A DNA stretch of 64,000 bases, from positions 9,326 through 73,325 of the forward strand of contig JAGOTT010000003.1 of assembly GCA_018061645.1 (NCBI GenBank), written 5' to 3'. The notes below the pieces were generated by a model. That model saw only the letters and a list, made by a program, of their open reading frames with translations. It was not told the DNA's origin and did not search any database. Below, piece after piece: positions 19,441-27,414 of this stretch. The translations under genes and the position numbers were made by a program. The DNA is from Candidatus Moraniibacteriota bacterium (lineage in GTDB: Bacteria; Patescibacteriota; Minisyncoccia; Moranbacterales; UBA1568). Positions within the stretch are counted from its first letter, which is position 1. Every line of letters starts with the position of its first letter.

Positions 19441-19470
19441 TTGACAAAAAACCGGTGAAAGAGGCATACT
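19441..19470 (+). promoter_or_regulatory. Sigma70-like promoter (TTGACA-18-CATACT) of paralog X1
   Basis: ttgacaaaaaaccggtgaaagaggCATACTg. The same -10 is reused at 20170-20186 and 21264-21269. Confidence 0.5.
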
Positions 19471-19509
19471 GCGCGGAGCAATCCGTTTCTTTCACAAAAG
19501 GAGGCTGCC

Positions 19510-20076
19510 ATGAGCGACGCGAGAATACTGTCCCTTGATGCGTTCCGCCAAAGAAACCGGCGGAACCCTGTAGCCAACCAATCGTTCGACGTCCTGTTTG
19601 AAAGCGCGCGCGAACTTCGAAGCATCGGACGGGAATTGGTCCCGGGAGAAATAGCGGTCATGACCTGGAGCGGGATGCAGAGTTGGTTCCGGAGAGAGAT
19701 CGCCGACGAAGTGTTCCGGAGGCGCATGTTCGGAAGATGCGTCCTTCTCTCCATAAGTTTCGTATCCGACCTGCTCACTTCCTTCGCGAACGATTGTGGC
19801 GATCGGACCGGCATCGTCGAGCATCTGGATGAATACGCCGGAGAGGGGAACCCGGAGGGTATCCTCGATGCCGCGAATACCGCGTTTCTCATGTTCGCGC
19901 TGTGGCCGGAAAAAAGGACACGGCGATCGGTGCAATACCGTCAGTTGGCGCTTGCCTTCGGCCCGTCTCTGTATGCGATGCATGCGGGGCGTGTGCGTCG
20001 GGATTTCGGCTACTGCATGGCCGAGGCTTTCGAGCCGCTCGGCGACATCGCCCGCGAACGATTCGGTCACACATGA
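19510..20076 (+). CDS. Hypothetical 188-aa protein, paralog X1
   Basis: About 85% aa identity to 21314-21880. The C-terminal 140 aa are about 95% identical and the N-terminal 50 aa about 60%. RBS AAGGAGG present. Confidence 0.7.
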   Translation: MSDARILSLDAFRQRNRRNPVANQSFDVLFESARELRSIGRELVPGEIAVMTWSGMQSWFRREIADEVFRRRMFGRCVLLSISFVSDLLTSFANDCGDRTGIVEHLDEYAGEGNPEGILDAANTAFLMFALWPEKRTRRSVQYRQLALAFGPSLYAMHAGRVRRDFGYCMAEAFEPLGDIARERFGHT

Positions 20077-20095
20077 CCGGTTCAATCAATCGCAT

Positions 20096-20124
20096 CCGGG
20101 GAGCCACGCTCCTCGGATTTTTTT
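20096..20124 (+). terminator. Rho-independent terminator after X1
   Basis: CCGGGGAGC-cac-GCTCCTCGG followed by ATTTTTTT. Confidence 0.6.
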
Positions 20125-20149
20125 ATGGAAAATGCTTTCGAGTTCGTTT

Positions 20150-20186
20150 TTGACAGGATTTTTATCTTGTTACATACTGTATGTAA
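20150..20186 (+). promoter_or_regulatory. Promoter (-35 TTGACA, -10 CATACT) with an operator palindrome TTACATAC-t-GTATGTAA over the -10
   Basis: tttTTGACAggatttttatcttgTTACATACtGTATGTAAtag. 8-bp perfect inverted arms. Confidence 0.55.
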
Positions 20187-20212
20187 TAGAAGTAAACAAA
20201 TAACGCACGAGT

Positions 20213-21184
20213 ATGAAGAAACAGGAGAAGAAGGGCGTCGTCATCTATCAGGCGAAATCCGGAGCCATCGAGCTGCGCGGGGATTTCGGCAAGGAGACGA
20301 TGTGGGCGAGCCTCGACCAGATAGCGGACTTGTTCGGCCGTGACAAGTCGGTGATTTCGCGTCATATCAAGAACATCTTTAAAGACGGTGAGTTACAGCG
20401 GGATTCAGTTGTTGCATTTTTTGCAACAACTGCTGCTGACGGGAAAACGTACAATGTCGAATATTTTGATCTCGACATGATCCTCTCCGTAGGTTATCGG
20501 GTGAATTCGAAGACCGCTACCAGATTCCGTCAGTGGGCGACGAAGACCCTTCGCGAACACATCGTGAAGGGTTACACCATCAACCGGTCCCGCATCGCGA
20601 AGAACTACGACGCGTTCCTCGCGTCGGTCGAGAGCGTGAAGAAGCTTCTCCCTGCGGGCGGTGCGGTGGATGCGGAGAGCGCCCTCGAGCTTGTCAGGCT
20701 CTTCGCGAGCACGTGGTTCTCGCTCGATGCCTATGACCGATCGACTCTCCCTAAGTCCGGCGCGACGAAGCGGCAGGTCCGGGTGACCGGAGCCGACCTC
20801 TCCGCCGCTCTCGGCGAACTGAAAGGTGAACTGCTCTCGAGAAAGGAGGCGACAGATATCTTCGGGGAAGAACGACAGAAGGAAGCCGCCACCGGAATCA
20901 TCGGCAACGTGCTTCAGTCGTTCGGCGGGAAGGATCTCTATCCGACCGTCGAGGAAAAGGCGGCGCACCTCCTGTATTTCATGGTGAAGAATCATCCGTT
21001 CGTCGACGGCAACAAGCGGAGCGGCGCCTTCGCGTTCGTGTGGTTCCTTCGCAAAGCGCGCGTTCTCGACGCCACTAGGCTCACCCCGGAGGCGCTTACC
21101 GCACTTACGCTCCTCGTCGCCGAAAGCGATCCGAAAGACAAGGACCGTGTAACCGCCCTCGTCGTCTCCCTCATCCGCGGATAA
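20213..21184 (+). CDS. RhuM-family N-terminal domain fused to a Fic/Doc-family (death-on-curing type) domain
   Basis: N-terminus is RhuM-like (VIYQAKSGAIELRGDFGKETMWASLDQIADLFGRDKSVISRHIKNIF). C-terminus carries the Doc/Fic core motif HPFVDGNKRSGAFAF. Confidence 0.8.
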   Translation: MKKQEKKGVVIYQAKSGAIELRGDFGKETMWASLDQIADLFGRDKSVISRHIKNIFKDGELQRDSVVAFFATTAADGKTYNVEYFDLDMILSVGYRVNSKTATRFRQWATKTLREHIVKGYTINRSRIAKNYDAFLASVESVKKLLPAGGAVDAESALELVRLFASTWFSLDAYDRSTLPKSGATKRQVRVTGADLSAALGELKGELLSRKEATDIFGEERQKEAATGIIGNVLQSFGGKDLYPTVEEKAAHLLYFMVKNHPFVDGNKRSGAFAFVWFLRKARVLDATRLTPEALTALTLLVAESDPKDKDRVTALVVSLIRG

Positions 21185-21239
21185 ATCCGACGTATACGAA
21201 GAAGTCCGCTTCATGCGGGGGCTTTTCGGATCGGCCGTA

Positions 21240-21269
21240 TTGACAACGGAAGGCGGACGGGGACATACT
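21240..21269 (+). promoter_or_regulatory. Promoter (TTGACA-18-CATACT) of paralog X2
   Basis: attgacaacggaaggcggacggggaCATACTgtgcggagc. Parallel to the X1 promoter. Confidence 0.5.
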
Positions 21270-21313
21270 GTGCGGAGCCATCGTTTCCATTAACAAGAAG
21301 AGGAGTACATACC

Positions 21314-21880
21314 ATGAGTGACGCACGGATACTGTCTCTTGACGAATTCCGGAAAAGAAAGACCAGCGGTCCGTCGATCCATCAGGAGTTCGATGTCCTG
21401 TTCAGGAACGCGCGCGAGCTTCGGGGCGTCGGGCAGGATCTGGCGCCCGAAGAGATCGCGATCATGACCTGGAGCGGGATGCAGAGCTGGTTCCGGAGAG
21501 AAATCGCCGACGAAGTGTTTCGGAGGCACATGTTCGGAAGATGCGTCCTTCTTTCCATAAGCTTCGTATCCGACCTGCTCACTTCTTTCGCGAACGATTG
21601 TGGCGATCGGACCGGCATCGTCGAGCATCTGGATGAATACGCCGGAGAGGGGAACCCGGAGGATATCCTCGATGCAGCGAATACCGCGTTTCTCATGTTC
21701 GCGTTCTGGCCGGAAAAGCAGACGCGGCGATCGGTGCGGTACCGCCAATTGGCGCTCGCTTTCGGTCCATCCCTCTATGCGATGCATGCGGGACGTGCTC
21801 GCCGGGATTTCGGCTACTGTATGGCCGAGGCTTTCGAGCCGCTCGGCAACATAGCTCGTGAACGGTTCGGTCACGGATGA
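21314..21880 (+). CDS. Hypothetical 188-aa protein, paralog X2
   Basis: See X1. Own RBS (AGAGGAG) and terminator. Confidence 0.7.
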   Translation: MSDARILSLDEFRKRKTSGPSIHQEFDVLFRNARELRGVGQDLAPEEIAIMTWSGMQSWFRREIADEVFRRHMFGRCVLLSISFVSDLLTSFANDCGDRTGIVEHLDEYAGEGNPEDILDAANTAFLMFAFWPEKQTRRSVRYRQLALAFGPSLYAMHAGRARRDFGYCMAEAFEPLGNIARERFGHG

Positions 21881-21897
21881 CCGACCAAGCCATCCAT

Positions 21898-21926
21898 CCG
21901 GGGAGCCGCGCTCCTCGGATTTTTTC
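21898..21926 (+). terminator. Rho-independent terminator after X2
   Basis: CCGGGGAGC-cgc-GCTCCTCGG followed by ATTTTTTCG. Confidence 0.6.
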
Positions 21927-21927
21927 G

Positions 21928-22005
21928 TTTACCCAGTCGGACTGGATTTTTTACGATCGCGGTGGGAGAATGTCGGTGGGTCTAAACATGATTTTTCGCA
22001 TATGA
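21928..22005 (+). promoter_or_regulatory. Conserved leader element L1: TTTACCCAGT-hairpin-GGTGGGAGAATG with an 11-codon uORF whose stop overlaps the downstream ATG
   Basis: gtTTACCCAGTCggACTGGatttt...cgcGGTGGGAGAATGtcggtgggtctaaacatgatttttcgcatATGAtc. uORF MSVGLNMIFRI* (21970-22005) overlaps ATG 22002 as ATGA. Confidence 0.45.
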
Positions 22006-22535
22006 TCGAACAACCGTTTGCGCAGCCGCAGAAGCCGGATCTGTCCGAGGACGACAAGAAGCAGATAGAGCTCACTTCCTATATAAAGAAACACGGATAT
22101 ACCGCGAACCAGATCCGGGAAGCGTATGTCCTCGTGATGGGTACGGACGAAACTCCGTCGGAAGATCCTGGCGTCGAGGACCTTCGGACCAAGCTGCAGT
22201 CGATGATCGACGACGGATTCCCCGTGAACCGGATTGGGGAGCTGGTCGAGATGAAGTGGACCGTCGAAAACTCCAAGGAACGGTGCCTCTCGTATATCGA
22301 CACCCTGGATGTTTCGGAGAACGAGAAACGGCTGTTGTCCTCGATAGTCGAGCGCCGCAGGAGCGGCGAACTCGTCGTCATGATCGACAATCAGGATGTG
22401 GCGAGCATGCGGATACATATCAAGGACAACACTTCGATCGAAGCGGTCGCCATCGAGTTTCAGGAGGGCCTTCAGAAAATCATCGATCGCATACCCAAGG
22501 AGAAGCGGTATGAATTCTCCTTCACGGAGAACTGA
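22002..22535 (+). CDS. Hypothetical 177-aa protein
   Basis: Start at ATG 22002 (track ORF begins at GTG 21858 inside the terminator/leader). Acidic, no recognised motifs. Confidence 0.55.
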   Translation: MIEQPFAQPQKPDLSEDDKKQIELTSYIKKHGYTANQIREAYVLVMGTDETPSEDPGVEDLRTKLQSMIDDGFPVNRIGELVEMKWTVENSKERCLSYIDTLDVSENEKRLLSSIVERRRSGELVVMIDNQDVASMRIHIKDNTSIEAVAIEFQEGLQKIIDRIPKEKRYEFSFTEN

Positions 22536-22585
22536 AAGTGATCCGCGCTTCTTTTGTTATTCCGAGCGAAACCGAGGAATCCGGA

Positions 22586-22610
22586 AACCCGCTTTACACG
22601 CGGGTTTTTT
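22586..22610 (+). terminator. Rho-independent terminator (part of a repeated about 65-bp module, copy 1)
   Basis: AACCCGC-tttacac-GCGGGTT followed by TTTTAG. Module 22548-22612 recurs at 24100-24163. Confidence 0.6.
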
Positions 22611-22612
22611 AG

Positions 22613-22701
22613 TTTACCCAGTTGACTTGCATTCAGTCGACAGGGGTGGGAGAATGGACGGGCTGAAGTCCTTTCCCGAACCGCATACCAGGAGGGCATG
22701 A
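22613..22701 (+). promoter_or_regulatory. Conserved leader element L2 with a 15-codon uORF overlapping the start of the 22698 gene
   Basis: gTTTACCCAGTtgacttgcattcagtcgacaggGGTGGGAGAATGgacggg...ggagggcATGATGgac. uORF MDGLKSFPEPHTRRA* (22654-22701) ends with the ATGA overlap. Confidence 0.45.
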
Positions 22702-23084
22702 TGGACACGCGTTTCGAAGTCTGTTCCCAATGCCGGAACCACGGGCATTTCGTTTTTCTCATCGGCACGCGGTCGTCGGATCTCCTGTGCCAATCCGACG
22801 CGTACGAGGCGATGATGGGTTACTACCGGGCCGACAAGATACCAAGCGGGGACATAAACCTGCTCGTTGAGCAGATCAGGCAGTCCGGTCTTCCGCTGTT
22901 CCTGTCCCAGGAAATCCTGGACGTTATGCAACGGGAGGGCAGTACGGAGACGATGATGCTCAATAATCCGATCGTCTGGCCTACCGATTGGGACCCGGAA
23001 GGTCACGAGGTGGCCCATACCGCTGCGGATATCGTGTGCTCCCTCTGTCAGGAACTGATCGACGGACGGCCGATGCTCCAATAG
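22698..23084 (+). CDS. Hypothetical 128-aa Cys/His-containing protein
   Basis: CSQCRNHGH...C...CSLC pattern suggests possible metal binding. No family recognised. Confidence 0.5.
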   Translation: MMDTRFEVCSQCRNHGHFVFLIGTRSSDLLCQSDAYEAMMGYYRADKIPSGDINLLVEQIRQSGLPLFLSQEILDVMQREGSTETMMLNNPIVWPTDWDPEGHEVAHTAADIVCSLCQELIDGRPMLQ

Positions 23085-23212
23085 GCGGTCTATATCCGAT
23101 CCCGCGTATCTCACAATGCGCGGGATTTTCATTGTATCCTGTCGGACTTGCTCGTTCGATTGTGGTTTGCCGTGTCGGGCCGGCATTTGCCAACTTTTTT
23201 CTATCTTTGGAA

Positions 23213-23248
23213 TGTATCATAATCCTACGGCCGTGGAATTATGATACA
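23213..23248. repeat. 36-bp palindromic element TGTATCATAAT-cctACGGCCGTgg-AATTATGATACA, copy A
   Basis: 11-bp perfect inverted arms around an ACGGCCGT core. Identical copy at 23962-23997. Confidence 0.7.
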
Positions 23249-23288
23249 ATTGTCGGGTGGCGATATATGCGGTTTTTCATCGACGCGT

Positions 23289-23960
23289 ATGTATAAGTTC
23301 GGACCAGTGCAGCAGAAAGTGCTCCTCGTGCTTGCCGGCGGCGCGGCGCTCAGCCTTTCGAATTCGTCGGTGCAGTATTATCGGACGCTCCGGAAACTGC
23401 GGCGCGAGTGGATGGATATCGATCAGCGGAATTTCAGTCGTTCCGTCCGGAGGCTTGCGCAGCAGAAGCTGCTCGAGGAACGGGTCATGCCCGACGGATC
23501 CTTCAAGCTCGTGCTCACGGCGGAAGGGAAGCGTCAGGCGAAGCGTCTCGACCTTTTCGGACAGTCGATACGCTTCCGAAAGCCGAAGCGGTGGGACAAG
23601 CGATGGCGCGTGGTGATGTTCGATATTCCGGAGAAGAGCCGGACCTTTCGGGATATCCTGCGGGAACATCTGCGGGAGATGCGGTTCTATCGGCTCCAGC
23701 AGAGCGTATTCGTGTCCCCGTATCCGTTCGAGAAGCCGCTCCAGGAACTGGTTGATCTCTATGGCGCGGATCCGTATGTGCGGATCATGACGGTGGGATG
23801 GATCGACAATGAGAAATTCCTCAAACGGCATTTTTTCCGTCCGCGGAAAACGGGAGGCGACAAGAACGGGAAAGGGGAATTGAAAACGAAAGTGAAAGAG
23901 GGGGAGAGGGAAAAAGAGAAGGAGAAGGAGAGAGAAAGCGCGAAACCTACGGAAAAGTAA
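23289..23960 (+). CDS. Winged-helix regulator-like protein with a Cas2/VapD-fold-like (PaaX-C-like) C-terminal region and a Lys/Glu-rich tail
   Basis: The C-terminal segment RWRVVMFDIPEKSRTFRDILREHLREMRFYRLQQSVFVSP resembles the Cas2/PaaX beta-alpha pattern. N-terminal HTH-like region. ATG 23289 (track ORF starts inside the palindrome at 23241). Confidence 0.5.
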   Translation: MYKFGPVQQKVLLVLAGGAALSLSNSSVQYYRTLRKLRREWMDIDQRNFSRSVRRLAQQKLLEERVMPDGSFKLVLTAEGKRQAKRLDLFGQSIRFRKPKRWDKRWRVVMFDIPEKSRTFRDILREHLREMRFYRLQQSVFVSPYPFEKPLQELVDLYGADPYVRIMTVGWIDNEKFLKRHFFRPRKTGGDKNGKGELKTKVKEGEREKEKEKERESAKPTEK

Positions 23961-23961
23961 A

Positions 23962-23997
23962 TGTATCATAATCCTACGGCCGTGGAATTATGATACA
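23962..23997. repeat. 36-bp palindromic element, copy B, immediately after the stop codon of the 23289 gene
   Basis: Identical to 23213-23248. Confidence 0.7.
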
Positions 23998-24136
23998 TTT
24001 TGTATTAGGGATGTGGGGAGGATGGGGATAGGGAGGGGGACGAGGGTGAGAGGAAGGGAGGGAGGATTTGAGATACGGGATTGGAGGAAAGAGCAGGCCT
24101 TCTTTTGTCATTCTGAACTCCGCGCAGGAATCCGGA

Positions 24137-24161
24137 AACCCGCTTTACACGCGGGTTTTTT
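24137..24161 (+). terminator. Rho-independent terminator (repeated module copy 2), at the left edge of the low-GC island
   Basis: AACCCGC-tttacac-GCGGGTT followed by TTTTTAG, then GTGGGAGAAT. Confidence 0.55.
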
Positions 24162-24186
24162 AGTGGGAGAATAGATATGTAATTAA

Positions 24187-24206
24187 TTACGTAATTCGGT
24201 ACGTAA
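24187..24206. promoter_or_regulatory. TTACGTAAT-tcg-GTACGTAA dyad motif 9 bp upstream of the AbrB-like gene
   Basis: aTTACGTAATtcgGTACGTAAtttcaatcgtATG. Confidence 0.45.
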
Positions 24207-24216
24207 TTTCAATCGT

Positions 24217-24393
24217 ATGGCAAATAAAGCGAAAGACGAAAAGGATGTCAGAAAACTTACCAAGGTCGGGGGAAAATCGATCAGCGTAACCCTGCCGATC
24301 GACATTGTCCGGGAACTGGGGTGGAAAGAGAAGCAGAAGGTCGTCGTGAAGCGTGTCCACGGAGGGGTGATGATCAAGGATTGGAAGAAATAA
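24217..24393 (+). CDS. AbrB/MazE/SpoVT-family DNA-binding protein (58 aa)
   Basis: MANKAKDEKDVRKLTKVGGKSISVTLPIDIVRELGWKEKQKVVVKRVHGGVMIKDWKK shows the swapped-hairpin pattern (K..GGS.SVTLP....LG...G..V). Below the 60-aa cutoff, so absent from the ORF track. Confidence 0.55.
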   Translation: MANKAKDEKDVRKLTKVGGKSISVTLPIDIVRELGWKEKQKVVVKRVHGGVMIKDWKK

Positions 24394-24396
24394 TTA

Positions 24397-24728
24397 TGGC
24401 AACAGCTTGGTTTGAAAAATTTATTGTTCTTTTGGAGAAACTTATACTTTATCCTCCGTACCTTGTATTTCTTTTTGTTGGTGCCCCGATATTGATGATT
24501 TCTCTCATAATGAAGAACTGGACCGAGCCAATCGGGATATTTTTCTTGTATAGTGCTGCTGGTGGGGTATGGCGGTATATTGAGAAAGATTTGGACCATG
24601 GAATTGGAAGTGTTCTTAAAGAAGAGAAAAGTAAAAATATTGCTCATCTTGTAGTTATCTCTGTGTACCATATCGGGAATGTCGGTTTATTTTTGATGCT
24701 ACTGCACTATCTCAACAAAGCCTTATGA
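24397..24728 (+). CDS. Small membrane protein (3 TM), low-GC
   Basis: MATAWFEKFIVLLEKLILYPPYLVFLFVGAPILMISL... Start overlaps upstream and downstream genes, so operonic with mod. Confidence 0.5.
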
Positions 24729-26872
24729 TTCTTTCTGAAAACGAAAAGCGAGACATTATTAAATTTCTGGAAGCTGGGAAACCGCTTCCGGAGAAATATC
24801 GTTTTTTGCTTTTCAAAGATGATCGTGAAGTGGAGCTTGTGTGGAACGGCAAGACAAATGAGGTGACTAATGTTGTTTTGCCTTTTCAAGTAATTGAGCA
24901 GATCGACGAACCACGAGAGGGGAAGGAGTTTGGTGACGCCCGAGGGACGCTCTTTGATATGAGTGGCAAGCAAATTTCAGGCTGGACCAACAAGCTTATC
25001 TGGGGAGACAACAAACTTATTCTCTCGTCTCTCAAAAATGGTCCGATGCGAAAAGAGATTGAGGCACAGGGTGGTCTCAAGCTCATCTATATCGATCCTC
25101 CCTTTGATGTCGGTGCTGATTTTTCTATGGATATAGAAATTGGTGAAGGTGGTGATACTGAGAGCTTTACGAAGAAGCCTTCGGTTATTGAAGAAATTGC
25201 CTATCGCGATACTTGGGGTAAGGGTGCAGATAGCTTCATCGCAATGATTTATGAGCGTCTCAAATTGATGCACGAACTTCTTGCTGAAGATGGAAGCATT
25301 TACGTTCACTGTGATTGGAGATTATCTGGTCACATAAGATTGGTTCTTGATGAGGTATTTGGAAAAGATAATTTCAGAAATGAGATTATCTGGAAGTACA
25401 GTGGAGGTGCAAGTTCTAGCCGGTTTTTTGCTCGAAAACATGACACTGTGTTTTTTTATTCCAAATCAGATAAATACAACTTTAATCAACAGTTTGAAGA
25501 TTTTGCAGAAACAACAATCGCTAGGTTTAATAAGGTTGATGAAAACGGTAGACGGTACAAAGAAAACAGAATGGCTGATGGCAGAGTTTACAATACCTAC
25601 ATGAACGAGGAGGGTAAGCCAGCTACGGATGTATTTGAGTTCAACATTGTGGTTTCAAGTCATGATGAAGCAGTAAAGTACCCGACTCAAAAACCAGAAG
25701 CATTTTTGGAGAGGATAGTAAAAGCATCTTCAAACGAAGGTGATCTGATAGCAGATTTTTTTATTGGTTCAGGTACAACCTTGGCTGTTGCTGAAAAACT
25801 TGGTCGCAAGTGGATCGGTACTGATCTCGGGAAATTTGGTATTCATACTTCGCGTAAGAGGATGATTGGTGTACAGCGTGAACTCAAAAAGGCCGGAAAG
25901 GACTTTCGCGCGTTTGAGATTTTGAACGTTGGTAAATACGAACGTGAGAGCTTCCTCAGTATCAATAGCGACTTGCGCTCAGAAGAAAAAGAAAAACAAG
26001 CACAACGAAAAGAAAAAGAGTTTATCAAGCTCATTCTTTCTGCGTACAAAGCTGAATCCGTGGAAAGTTTTGCAAATATCGTCGGCAAGAAACGGGACCG
26101 TCTTGTAGCGGTTGGTCCTATCAACATGCCTGTATCTCAGAAATTTATCCAAGAAATAGTCGATGAATCAAAAAAGAAGGGCTTCACTAAAGTTGATGTG
26201 CTGGGCTTTGATTATGAGATGGGACTTGTATTTGATGATTTTGTGACGCAAGGTTTGGATATTGCGTTTAAGATTATTCCTCGTGAAGTGTTTGACAAGC
26301 GCGCTGTCGAGCGTGGTCACGTGAACTTTTATGACGTTGCCTACATCGACATAAAGTCGATAGTGACTGGCCGCGGAAATACGAAGGAACTTTCCATTGA
26401 GCTCACTGATTTCTCCGTGTTTTACAATCAAGATTCTTCTGCGACAGAAGAATTGAAAGCCGGAAAATCAAAGGTTGTCGTTCAAAGCGGCCAGGTTATC
26501 AAGATTTCAAAAGATAAAGATGGAAATGAATTGCCGCCCGAAGTTCTCACCAAAAAATGGAGCGACTGGATTGATTATTGGGCAGTTGATTATAATTTTG
26601 CGGATCGAAAAGAAATTATCCGTGTGCCAAAGACGCAAGGGGATAATTTATTTGAGAGAGGAAAGGAACAAAGTCTGCTCGATTACGAAGAGGTTTGGAC
26701 AGGAGACTATATCTTTGATAACGAATGGCAAGCCTTCCGTACCAAGAAGAATCGAAATCTTGAACTGGTTTCTGCTCCAAAAGAACTTCCAAAGGGCGAT
26801 TATAAAGTTGCTGTAAAAGTTGTAGATATTTTTGGGAATGATACTACTAGAGTAATCGATGTGAAAATATGA
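24725..26872 (+). CDS. mod: Type III restriction-modification system methyltransferase (Mod, beta-class N6-adenine/N4-cytosine MTase)
   Basis: Motif IV IYIDPPFD precedes motif I DFFIGSGTT (circularly permuted beta class). Size 715 aa. Adjacent Res helicase-nuclease. Confidence 0.85.
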   Translation: MILSENEKRDIIKFLEAGKPLPEKYRFLLFKDDREVELVWNGKTNEVTNVVLPFQVIEQIDEPREGKEFGDARGTLFDMSGKQISGWTNKLIWGDNKLILSSLKNGPMRKEIEAQGGLKLIYIDPPFDVGADFSMDIEIGEGGDTESFTKKPSVIEEIAYRDTWGKGADSFIAMIYERLKLMHELLAEDGSIYVHCDWRLSGHIRLVLDEVFGKDNFRNEIIWKYSGGASSSRFFARKHDTVFFYSKSDKYNFNQQFEDFAETTIARFNKVDENGRRYKENRMADGRVYNTYMNEEGKPATDVFEFNIVVSSHDEAVKYPTQKPEAFLERIVKASSNEGDLIADFFIGSGTTLAVAEKLGRKWIGTDLGKFGIHTSRKRMIGVQRELKKAGKDFRAFEILNVGKYERESFLSINSDLRSEEKEKQAQRKEKEFIKLILSAYKAESVESFANIVGKKRDRLVAVGPINMPVSQKFIQEIVDESKKKGFTKVDVLGFDYEMGLVFDDFVTQGLDIAFKIIPREVFDKRAVERGHVNFYDVAYIDIKSIVTGRGNTKELSIELTDFSVFYNQDSSATEELKAGKSKVVVQSGQVIKISKDKDGNELPPEVLTKKWSDWIDYWAVDYNFADRKEIIRVPKTQGDNLFERGKEQSLLDYEEVWTGDYIFDNEWQAFRTKKNRNLELVSAPKELPKGDYKVAVKVVDIFGNDTTRVIDVKI

Positions 26873-27414
26873 GCAAAAAAATCGCAAAGAAAAAATTTCA
26901 GCCCTTTGTGCATGACAATCTCGACATAAAAAACGAGCTTCTTCAGCTTGCAAGAAAAGCGAGAGAATCGAAGAGCATTGAGAATGATCTTGCTTCAGTC
27001 CTCATCTATTCGAACATAGCAGAATATTTGGCAGAGCACTTGCTTGATACATTGAGCCATCTTGTTTATAAGAGCTCTTATAATAGTTTTGGAGGGATTT
27101 TGTTTGTCGAGTCTGTGTCACGATCGGGGAAGAAGACACTTAATCAAACAGTGGAAGAGCTTGAGAAATTCAATTTTCCTGATAAGGACGGAATCGTCCA
27201 CTGTTTCAGAAAAATAGCAGATTCTCGGAACAGAATATTTCACAACTTTGCGAAGAGTGATATCAATTCAATAAAGGATCTGCTTGAGAAAGATTTGCCA
27301 GTTATTCAGGAAGAATGTGAAGAAATTATCAACAAAGTGAATACGGTTTATGCTGGTTTGCAAAAGATTTTAGGACAGCAGGAGAATGGCAATGAGAGCC
27401 AGGATGAGAAATAA
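26869..27414 (+). CDS. Hypothetical 181-aa protein embedded between mod and res
   Basis: Translationally coupled (ATGA overlap with mod). No recognised motifs. Confidence 0.55.
   Translation: MSKKIAKKKFQPFVHDNLDIKNELLQLARKARESKSIENDLASVLIYSNIAEYLAEHLLDTLSHLVYKSSYNSFGGILFVESVSRSGKKTLNQTVEELEKFNFPDKDGIVHCFRKIADSRNRIFHNFAKSDINSIKDLLEKDLPVIQEECEEIINKVNTVYAGLQKILGQQENGNESQDEK

Noticed and set aside
23289-23960. Calling the 23289 gene a CRISPR Cas2
   Set aside because: Only a Cas2/VapD-like fold pattern in the C-terminal half. The protein is twice Cas2 length with an N-terminal HTH, and there is no cas1 or array nearby. PaaX-like regulator is more plausible.
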